Part shown: positions 1 to 6,677 of the stretch, piece by piece
Layout of the letters: each line of letters begins with the position of its first letter
Position numbering within the stretch: position 1 is the stretch's first letter
NCBI GenBank assembly: GCA_036170245.1
Contig: JAVHOV010000021.1
Span: 1-13,515, forward strand
Direction: 5' to 3'
From: an archaeon
GTDB lineage: Archaea > Iainarchaeota > Iainarchaeia > Iainarchaeales > JAAZKV01
Length of the DNA: 13,515 nucleotides
The notes under the pieces: generated by a model
Seen by the model: the letters and a program-made list of their open reading frames with translations, nothing else
Databases searched by the model: none
Told to the model about the DNA's origin: nothing
Position numbers and translations under genes: made by a program

Positions 1-22
1 AGTAGAGGGGCAACCCTCTATT
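1..22 (+). other. Stem-loop with GCAA (GNRA) tetraloop; possibly the 3' end of a + strand transcript that starts outside the window
   Basis: TAGAGGG(3-9)-GCAA-CCCTCTA(14-20), extendable by G2.T21 and A1-T22. Confidence 0.4.
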
Positions 23-91
23 TATGCCTGTTTATAAATCATTTCTACAGAGCCTGTTTTTAAGAAACTAATAATTGTTCTCTTAAAAAGT

Positions 92-1033
92 TTAGAGAGT
101 TTTTGCAAGGGTAAATATTATAGTTGAAATCGGGGTTAAAACTAAGGCATAAACCCAAAAGTTCTTTTTATTTCCTTCCTGTATGGCAAGGAAAAATGAG
201 CTAAGCAGAGCATATTCAAAAATGTAAATATTTGTTCCAAGTATTGCTGATTCAAAAAGAGCTTTTCGCATTTCGATGCTTAATCCAAGTCCAATTTCTC
301 CCATTGAATGAAAATTTAGTCCGCTTACAAGCCCAACAATTAGCCCGAGTATTGCAGGAACAATAATTCCTGAGGATAGTATCAAAGTGTATTTTGTGAC
401 AAGCATTACTGCCTGCCTTTCCTTTAGAATCGCTTTTGTCTCAAGCAAATCTTCAGCAGTTTCTTTTAATGTTTCAGAAATCCTTGCTCCGCTCTGATAC
501 CCTTGCAAGAATAAATCAATTACTCTTGAATAACTTCTGCTTTTGTTAAGTTCTTTAATGTGGTTGAGTGCAGATTCAATGCTTGCCCCGTTTTTAATTT
601 CGCCAAAAGCTCTATTAAAATCAGTGCTTAAAAGATCAAAATCGCTGTTTGAAATTTTTTTGATTGTTTGTTCCATTGAAGATTCATCGCAAAATACGCT
701 TGCTTCAAGAAGCAAATCACTGAGAATTTCTTCTTTTTGTCTTTTTTTGTATTCAAACAAAATATCTTCAAATAGGTAAATTGCAAAAAAAGGCAAGATA
801 AAGCCAATTATTGTTACAATAAATATTATATCAAAATTGTTCTTGAAAATATAAAAACTTATAATTAAGGAAAGCACCATAAGCAGTGTCCCACAAATAG
901 TGCTAAATAGAAGGTATCCTTTCAGATTTTTTAATTTTGATTGGTTAAGCAATAATTTATTCTCAAAATTTTTTATTCTTGCTTCTTCAAGAATTTGCTT
1001 TAATGCATTTTCAAATAGTATTATTGCATCCAA
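92..1033 (-). CDS. Type II secretion system F-domain (TadC-like) pilus assembly membrane protein
   Basis: 313-aa ORF with a TTG start preceded by GGAGAG. It has N- and C-terminal TM helices flanking the T2SSF-like segment 'DFNRAFGEIKNGASIESAL...QSGARISETLKETAEDL', and lies in an operon with a secretion ATPase. Confidence 0.85.
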   Translation of the reverse strand: MDAIILFENALKQILEEARIKNFENKLLLNQSKLKNLKGYLLFSTICGTLLMVLSLIISFYIFKNNFDIIFIVTIIGFILPFFAIYLFEDILFEYKKRQKEEILSDLLLEASVFCDESSMEQTIKKISNSDFDLLSTDFNRAFGEIKNGASIESALNHIKELNKSRSYSRVIDLFLQGYQSGARISETLKETAEDLLETKAILKERQAVMLVTKYTLILSSGIIVPAILGLIVGLVSGLNFHSMGEIGLGLSIEMRKALFESAILGTNIYIFEYALLSSFFLAIQEGNKKNFWVYALVLTPISTIIFTLAKTL

Positions 1034-1058
1034 ACTTAACTCTCTCCTTTTATTTTTT

Positions 1059-1871
1059 TTATCCTTTTAAAAACAAAGGGGTTTTTGAATTAATTAAAAT
1101 CAAAACCCCGCTATCCATTAATGGAAACAAAATTATGCTTATTAGAAAAATTTGTTCAGGGGTAAAGGAGAGTTTCATAAAGTATGAGCCAATTAGAGCA
1201 AAACTCATAAACATTGCGGGGATTATAGCAGAAACTGCAATAAAAACTAGTGCATAAACAACCATTTTTCCGGAAAATTCCTTGCTTTCAATTCTTTGTT
1301 TTAGGAGCAATTCTTCTGCAAGCTTTTTTATCCCGCTAACATCTTTTTTTCCATTGTTATGTAAATTGCTTAAATTACTGCACGCCCGTTTTATATTGTG
1401 TGAATCAATTCTTTGATTCATTCTTTCAAGGGCTTCTTCAAAACTTGCCCCTTTATTCATATCTTTTACAATTAACCTAAATTCGCCTGAAACTAAGCTA
1501 TCTTCATTAGCTGCTGAAAGAATTGCATTAGTAAAGTTCTTTCCTAGTTTTATTTCGCTGGACAATTTTGTTAAAAATAGTGGGAGTTCGCTTTCAATTT
1601 GAAGAGCGTATTTTTTTCTTTTTAATAGGGGGAGTTCTAAAAGAATTACAAATATAATCAAAGTAATAATTATTGCCACTCCTGCTCCAAGCAAAATATT
1701 TTTCAGTAATACTCCTATTATTAGCCATGAAAATAACCCTATTATTAAACTGAGTTTGATTGATTCAAACTTGTGTTTATTAAATTCTTTATCTCTCATA
1801 TTTGACTTTTTCTTAATCAGTCCTTCAACAAATGAATTTGATTTAATTTTTTCCACTTCTGTTTCTTTCAT
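1059..1871 (-). CDS. Type II secretion system F-domain (TadB/TadC-like) pilus assembly membrane protein
   Basis: 270-aa ORF with a GAGGT RBS. It contains the motif 'IESELPLFL...GEFRLIVKDMNKGASFEEALERM' and two pairs of TM helices. Confidence 0.88.
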   Translation of the reverse strand: MKETEVEKIKSNSFVEGLIKKKSNMRDKEFNKHKFESIKLSLIIGLFSWLIIGVLLKNILLGAGVAIIITLIIFVILLELPLLKRKKYALQIESELPLFLTKLSSEIKLGKNFTNAILSAANEDSLVSGEFRLIVKDMNKGASFEEALERMNQRIDSHNIKRACSNLSNLHNNGKKDVSGIKKLAEELLLKQRIESKEFSGKMVVYALVFIAVSAIIPAMFMSFALIGSYFMKLSFTPEQIFLISIILFPLMDSGVLILINSKTPLFLKG

Positions 1872-1904
1872 AATTAACCTCTGTTATGTAGTTTTGATAT
1901 TTTT

Positions 1905-3308
1905 TTACCTTTCATTCTCTGCAATTTCAAAGAACTCCCAAAACGTTATGTCTTTTTGCAGGTTTAGAAGTATTTTTTCTTTTTCATTAATAAGTTCTTT
2001 TACTTGTTCCTTGTTAATAGAAAATGTTCTCTCTATTTTTTCCATTAGTTTAACCGGTTCTTCTTTTTTCTCTAATTTCTTTTTTTCAAATGAATAATTA
2101 AACAAAGTTCTTAGTTTCAGTTTGTTTAAAGTCTTATTAACTTCGCAAATTTCTACAACTTTTCTTTGCTCTTTTCTGAACCCATTTTCAATCAAACTGA
2201 TTCTTTTTTGAACTACAATCAAATCAATTGAACTAAGTACTCTTTCTTCTATTCCAAATGATTTTAATCTTTCAATTGCTTCCATTGCGCTTTCTGCGTG
2301 AAAAGTTGCATAAGATCCTCTTGCTTGACCAGCAAGCATAGTATTTACAAAAGCACTTGCTTCTTCTTTATTTCTAATTTCTCCAACTATTACTCTATCA
2401 GGTCTCATTCTGAATGTGTTGTCAATTAGCGAGCCTAAATTTACATTGACTTGTTCTGCTGTGTTAAGTTTGATAGTGTGATTTTGGGGAAGAGTGAGTT
2501 CAGGAGTTTCTTCTGCAACAATCACTCTTTCGTTTTTTGGCAAAAAACAAAATAATGCATTTAATGTAGTAGTTTTTCCTGAACCTGTATTTCCGCAGAT
2601 TAAAATAGAACAGCTGGTTTGCATTGCAAGCCACAAAAATGCAGTTGCCCTGGTGCTAATAGTTCCATATTCAATTATGTTTAATGGGGTGAGAGGTTTC
2701 TCTTTAAATTTTCTTATTGTTGCATTAATTCCAGAGAATGCAACAGGAGACATTGATGCATTGAGTCTTGATCCATTTTTGAGTACAGCATTAATCATAG
2801 GCGAGTGGTAACTGAGTTGTCTTCCAAGCGGGGAAGCCAACTTGTTTATTATTGTTCTAATCTTATCTTCATTTTCGAATTGAATGTTTGTAGTAAGCCA
2901 CCCAAAGGTTTGGTGATAAACCATTAAGGGTTTCTTTTGCCCGTTAATTACAATTTCTTCAAAATCAGGATCGTTTAACAGAGGAGTTAGAATACTCTCT
3001 TGAATACTTTCCCATTCAAGTAAAAGTGAAATTCTCTCTCTTTGTTCTTTGTTTAAGAGAATCATATTTTCCAAGCAGTAATCTCTTAAGAAAAAGTAAA
3101 CATCTGATTTTGTGTTTATTTCTTTTTGAGATTGTTTCATTTCTTCTAAAACCTTGGTAAAAAAATTTTTTTCTTTTTCAATTAAATCAGGAATATTCAC
3201 CAAAAGAAACCTTTGTCCTTTTGCATCAACAATTAATCCGCTTTTGCATTCGCTTAATTTTTTTGAGTATTCAATAGGAGTTATGTTGAAATCAATTTTT
3301 GTTTTCAT
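1905..3308 (-). CDS. Type II/IV secretion system ATPase (TadA/CpaF/VirB11/FlaI family)
   Basis: Walker A GNTGSGKTT, Asp box 'AEETPEL', Walker B region 'RMRPDRVIVGEIR', His box 'ATFHA', plus 'EEIVING' and 'TIRKF'. Confidence 0.93.
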   Translation of the reverse strand: MKTKIDFNITPIEYSKKLSECKSGLIVDAKGQRFLLVNIPDLIEKEKNFFTKVLEEMKQSQKEINTKSDVYFFLRDYCLENMILLNKEQRERISLLLEWESIQESILTPLLNDPDFEEIVINGQKKPLMVYHQTFGWLTTNIQFENEDKIRTIINKLASPLGRQLSYHSPMINAVLKNGSRLNASMSPVAFSGINATIRKFKEKPLTPLNIIEYGTISTRATAFLWLAMQTSCSILICGNTGSGKTTTLNALFCFLPKNERVIVAEETPELTLPQNHTIKLNTAEQVNVNLGSLIDNTFRMRPDRVIVGEIRNKEEASAFVNTMLAGQARGSYATFHAESAMEAIERLKSFGIEERVLSSIDLIVVQKRISLIENGFRKEQRKVVEICEVNKTLNKLKLRTLFNYSFEKKKLEKKEEPVKLMEKIERTFSINKEQVKELINEKEKILLNLQKDITFWEFFEIAENER

Positions 3309-3327
3309 TATTAAGAACTTTTTGTGT

Positions 3328-3335
3328 TATTTAAA
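3328..3335 (-). promoter_or_regulatory. Putative TATA box of the pilus operon (likely leaderless mRNA)
   Basis: TTTAAATA on the - strand 20-27 nt upstream of the ATG at 3308, with no RBS in between. Confidence 0.5.
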
Positions 3336-3423
3336 AAGGTTAATAATTTTACGTCATTTGCCAAATAGTTTGGGTATAGTTTGCTAAACAAATAGTATTT
3401 TATATTAGAAAGGTACCATGTTT

Positions 3424-3511
3424 ATCGGGTTATCACCCCGATTTCTATAGGTAAAGGCAAGAAAAGGCAAAGGGGGGAAGAAAGCACCTACTTAATTGCT
3501 TTCTTTTCCTT
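3424..3511 (+). ncRNA. Candidate small structured RNA (unassigned)
   Basis: Two hairpins (3424-3442 and 3472-3511) form a GC-richer patch inside an AT-rich intergenic gap. G.U pairs favour the + strand, with TATA-like TTTATATT at 3399-3406 upstream and T-runs downstream. Confidence 0.3.
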
Positions 3512-3542
3512 CAAAAATTGTTTTTCTAAAAGGTCTCTATTG

Positions 3543-3887
3543 TTACCAATTGATCTTTTGTCCTAGTTTAATTTTTTTGGCTTTTCCTTTTGGCAGTTCA
3601 ATTACATACTTAGCAGCTTTTTTTGGAGTATAATTAGGGATAAATGGCTCAAGAGTGGTCTTATCTACAACTTTTTGATTTTTATCCAAGAAAAGTACAT
3701 CAATTGGGAAGAAAACAAAGAGCATGTGCAGTGAAGTTCCTATTCTGCTTTCTGCCGGAAAGTCAAACACTAGCGCATAGTTAAAATTCTTTTTTTCTTC
3801 AAACATTAATCCTTTAGTTCGTTCCAAAGTATTTTTGGCGAACCTTACATTTTTCATAATTAATTTGTTCTCTGCTTTCAAAACCAT
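3543..3887 (-). CDS. DUF192 family protein
   Basis: 'A.N..ERTKGLMF...LHMLFVFFPIDVLFLD...AKYVIELP.G' matches the DUF192 pattern. Confidence 0.88.
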   Translation of the reverse strand: MVLKAENKLIMKNVRFAKNTLERTKGLMFEEKKNFNYALVFDFPAESRIGTSLHMLFVFFPIDVLFLDKNQKVVDKTTLEPFIPNYTPKKAAKYVIELPKGKAKKIKLGQKINW

Positions 3888-3920
3888 TTTTTTATCACTT
3901 TTTATAATTTATTAGAATGC

Positions 3921-4187
3921 TTATTTTAATATCTCTAAAGGAGGAACTTTTATTTCTTGAAGCAATTTTTCAGTTTTTGTCGGAGTGGCTTTGCTTAATT
4001 GATCTCTTTTCTTATTCAATTCCTCAGTAATTCTATCAATATCCTTCATTTTTTGTTTTAGTTCAGCAAGAATTTTTGCCATTTCTTCTTTTGTATTATT
4101 ATCCAAGTCTTTTTTAGGTTCAGCAGAAACTTGAGGCATTATGCCTTTCCTTACTTCAGTAAGCAGTTTGTTTTCTTCTTCAGCCAT
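3921..4187 (-). CDS. Hypothetical protein, predicted coiled coil
   Basis: 88-aa ATG-initiated ORF that fills the gap between co-oriented genes. It has the charged heptad segment 'MAKILAELKQKMKDIDRITEELNKKRDQL'. Confidence 0.7.
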   Translation of the reverse strand: MAEEENKLLTEVRKGIMPQVSAEPKKDLDNNTKEEMAKILAELKQKMKDIDRITEELNKKRDQLSKATPTKTEKLLQEIKVPPLEILK

Positions 4188-4259
4188 AACTAGAGTGAAT
4201 AATATCTTTTGGTATTATTAAATCTTTTTGATGAGCTCTAAATTAAGATAGTCTAAATT

Positions 4260-4898
4260 TTATTTGAATACTTCTCCTGTTTCATTGCTCCAAAAGATAA
4301 GGTCAAGTTCATCGAAAGGAATTTCGTTCTTTTCACAAAAATTTCTCATTTTTTCTTCAATTTCAAGGTAAGTTTTTTTGCTCAGAGTTTTAGGGACTTC
4401 TTTAATTACTTTGCACTTTACCAAGTTCTTCAAAATGTGTCTGTCAAGAATCGCAATTTCACTTCCAAAACCAATGTTTCTTAAAAAGTGGCTTGCTTCT
4501 TTTAGCCCGTATCCGTTAACTTCTTTTAGTAAAAATTCTCTTGCTTTGATTGGATCGTTTGGCAATCCATTTTTGATTAGAATTTTTTTTAGTTTACTAG
4601 CAGGAAATTTATACTGTACTTCCTTTAGCCTCTTTGCTTTAGTCCGAAAGAATCTAACATTCTTACAAAAGGGCTCTTTTTCTAGAGCAGTACCTTTGTC
4701 CAATAGTTTGTGTTCCTTTAATTGGTTAATAGTTTTGAATGCCTGTTTTGCAGAACTTTGAGGAGTAAGAATACAAAAGCACAGTTCTTCATAGACCAGT
4801 TCCTCATTTTCCCAAGTATTTTTGTATCCCTCAAGAGCTTTAGCAATATTCTCAGTAATATGGGGTTTTGGGGTGCAAAGAAAAGGTTTTTTTGCCAT
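4260..4898 (-). CDS. ogg: 8-oxoguanine DNA glycosylase/AP lyase (Ogg2 type)
   Basis: 'ELCFCILTPQSSA', HhH motif with catalytic Lys 'GYGLKEASHFLRNIG', catalytic Asp 'AILDRHI', and the terminal Lys typical of Ogg2 ('TGEVFK'). Confidence 0.93.
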   Translation of the reverse strand: MAKKPFLCTPKPHITENIAKALEGYKNTWENEELVYEELCFCILTPQSSAKQAFKTINQLKEHKLLDKGTALEKEPFCKNVRFFRTKAKRLKEVQYKFPASKLKKILIKNGLPNDPIKAREFLLKEVNGYGLKEASHFLRNIGFGSEIAILDRHILKNLVKCKVIKEVPKTLSKKTYLEIEEKMRNFCEKNEIPFDELDLIFWSNETGEVFK

Positions 4899-4916
4899 TT
4901 TGTTCCCTTCTATTAA

Positions 4917-5435
4917 TTATCCCATTATTAGTTCGCTAGTGTTTTGCGAATCTTCAACAATTTGTTCAAATAGAGCAACGTGTCCTTTCTCAAATTCAGC
5001 AAGCTCACTAAAAAATTTTCTTACGCTTCCCTTGGTTTTTATTGCAGCATCAGTGTAAAACTCAACTGCCTTCTTTTCTCTCCAAAGTGCATAAAGAACT
5101 GCAGTCATTTCTTGTTGTCCTGCCGGAATTGCATGGATTTGGGGAAATTTGTTTGTAATGAATTTTATTTCTTGTTTTAAGGGGTCTTGTGTTTTTTCAA
5201 GTTCTTTTTTTAATTCAAGAATTTTTGTTAAGTGCATATTTTCTTCTTTTACTAAAAAAACAAAAAAAGGATTTAATTCAGATCCCTTAGTCTTTTCAGC
5301 TTCAGCTTCATAAAAGCCCTTGCTTGATTCTTCAACATGCTGTGCAATATTAAGGGCATGAATAATTGATTCCTTTGATTCTGAATCAAGTTCCTGAACT
5401 GCTTTTAATACTTCTTTAGCTTTTACAAAATCCAT
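4917..5435 (-). CDS. Rubrerythrin/ferritin-like di-iron protein lacking a rubredoxin domain
   Basis: Duplicated E...FY...ExxH pattern ('VEESSKGFY...KEENMH' and 'REKKAVEFY...EFEKGH'). No CxxC. AGGTGA RBS. Confidence 0.85.
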   Translation of the reverse strand: MDFVKAKEVLKAVQELDSESKESIIHALNIAQHVEESSKGFYEAEAEKTKGSELNPFFVFLVKEENMHLTKILELKKELEKTQDPLKQEIKFITNKFPQIHAIPAGQQEMTAVLYALWREKKAVEFYTDAAIKTKGSVRKFFSELAEFEKGHVALFEQIVEDSQNTSELIMG

Positions 5436-5587
5436 TTTTTCACCTTGCTAATATGTTACTTTGTTCCGTTTCTTGTTAAAAACCTATTTCTTTCTTTTTT
5501 AGAAAGTGCTTTTCTGGTACAATCATCGAATGGGTTTTTTTGCTAACGTTTTTTAAACGAACGAATCCTTCTATTAATGATTACTTT

Positions 5588-6283
5588 ATGCTTGAATCAA
5601 TTGCTTTTATTCCGGATGGTAACCGAAGGTATGCAAAAAAGGCTGGTGTTTCTCTAGCCCAAAGTTATGCATTAGGGACCCAAAAAGCCTGGGATGTGTT
5701 GAATTGGCTTTCAAAATATCCTACAATTACAACAGGTACTTTTTATACTTTTTCAATAAAGAATTTTGAGCGTTCAAAAGATGAGCTTGGAATTTTATTT
5801 AATATATTTGAGAAACAATTAGTTCGAGTGTTGAATGAAAAGATTGATGATAACCGGGGAATTAGAATTAAGTTCATTGGTCACACCAATTTGTTTCCAG
5901 CTAACTTGCAAGAAGAAATGCAGCGAGTTGAAGAAAAAACTTCAATCTATCCTGAACGAACTTTGAACTTGGCTTTAGGGTATGATGGGCAGACCGAAAT
6001 AATTGATGCTACAAAAAAGTTTGCAAATGACGTTTCTTTAGGAAAAATAAAATCAGATTCATTGACTCCCCAAATTTTTAACAAATACCTTTATTCCGAC
6101 TTTAAAGCACCTGACTTAATTGTTAGAACCTCAAATGAACAAAGACTTTCTGGATTTTTAACTTACCAGTCATCCTATTCTGAACTTGCTTTTATTGATA
6201 AATACTGGCCCGAATTAACTGAAAGTGATGTGGATAAAGTTGTTTTGGATTTTGAAGAACGAGAAAGAAGATTTGGAAAATAA
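5588..6283 (+). CDS. uppS: cis-prenyltransferase (undecaprenyl/dolichol-type polyprenyl diphosphate synthase)
   Basis: 'IAFIPDGNRRYA', 'YTFSIKNFERS', 'LNLALGYDG', 'PDLIVRTS.EQRLSGFL.YQ.SYSEL' and C-terminal 'RRFGK'. The ATG at 5588 is preferred over the TTG at 5540 because it sits just before the first conserved motif. Confidence 0.93.
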   Translation: MLESIAFIPDGNRRYAKKAGVSLAQSYALGTQKAWDVLNWLSKYPTITTGTFYTFSIKNFERSKDELGILFNIFEKQLVRVLNEKIDDNRGIRIKFIGHTNLFPANLQEEMQRVEEKTSIYPERTLNLALGYDGQTEIIDATKKFANDVSLGKIKSDSLTPQIFNKYLYSDFKAPDLIVRTSNEQRLSGFLTYQSSYSELAFIDKYWPELTESDVDKVVLDFEERERRFGK

Positions 6284-6340
6284 TAAATAAATCCTGATTT
6301 TTTATTAGTTTAAACTTTTTTAGAATATTGAAATATTAAA

Positions 6341-6553
6341 TAGCCCCTCCCAGATTCGAACTGGGGTATCAGGCTATCTTCAGGTTCCGTTAAGTTTCGC
6401 TGTATCGAGTAAGCTTTAGCTTACGAAGATACTTCTTCATTGCAAAAGTTCTTCAAACTTTTGCGATGCCCATAAATCTCTGATTTATTGGGTCGCGAAC
6501 CTTAGCAAGGTTCCTTCAAAGGCCTGCATCCTTAGCCACTAGACGAAGGGGCT
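6341..6553 (-). tRNA. tRNA-Gln(UUG), intron-containing; exons 6553-6516 and 6375-6341; CCA not encoded
   Basis: Spliced sequence AGCCCCTTCGTCTAGTGGCTAAGGATGCAGGCCTTTGA|AGCCTGATACCCCAGTTCGAATCTGGGAGGGGCTA (73 nt). Acceptor stem AGCCCCT/AGGGGCT with the archaeal Gln A1-U72 pair, anticodon stem CAGGC/GCCTG, anticodon TTG at 6519-6517, T-arm CCCAG-TTCGAAT-CTGGG. Confidence 0.96.
6376..6515 (-). other. 140-nt tRNA intron at canonical position 37/38 with a bulge-helix-bulge-type splice motif
   Basis: Central 4-bp helix CUUU(32-35)/GAAG, bulges GA|A and AU|A, and a short outer helix (GG/CU or AGG/CCU). Removing the segment restores a 7-nt anticodon loop. Confidence 0.92.
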
Positions 6554-6612
6554 CTAGTTACTTTTCTTTCCTTGCTTTGCAGGGATAGTAAATATTATTG
6601 TTTTAGAGAAAA

Positions 6613-6620
6613 TTTATAAA
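6613..6620 (-). promoter_or_regulatory. Putative TATA box for the tRNA-Gln gene
   Basis: TTTATAAA about 60 nt upstream of the mature 5' end, implying a leader of roughly 35 nt. Confidence 0.45.
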
Positions 6621-6677
6621 TCAAGGTTTTGGGCTTTTTTTAAGGGAATTTTAAAATTGGCTTATTTACTCTAATAA

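Noticed and set aside
3444..3566. Possible pilin-like frame (GKGKKRQRGEESTYLIAFF...) near the pilus operon
   Set aside because: No start codon, a poor class III signal-peptide match, and no long hydrophobic helix.
543..5180. + strand ORFs 543-779, 979-1257, 1756-2097, 2494-2811, 3154-3387, 4378-4761, 4722-4916, 4822-5058, 4980-5180
   Set aside because: Antisense shadows of well-supported - strand genes. They are Phe/Ser/Leu-rich with no recognisable motifs.
5540..5587. Longer starts given by the ORF track for uppS (5540), and likewise hicA (9466) and hicB (9687)
   Set aside because: The downstream ATGs (5588, 9448, 9678) fit RBS/TATA spacing and family N-termini better.
6390..6440. 16-codon ORF MKKYLRKLKLTRYSET inside the tRNA intron
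   Set aside because: Too short to exceed chance, no RBS, buried in hairpins, and no homing endonuclease motif. It terminates before the circle junction, so rolling-circle translation is not supported.
6504..6576. 7-bp complementarity between the tRNA 5' leader (AGCAAGG, 6576-6570) and the intron (CCUUGCU, 6510-6504)
   Set aside because: A 7-mer match between regions of this size is expected by chance with appreciable probability.
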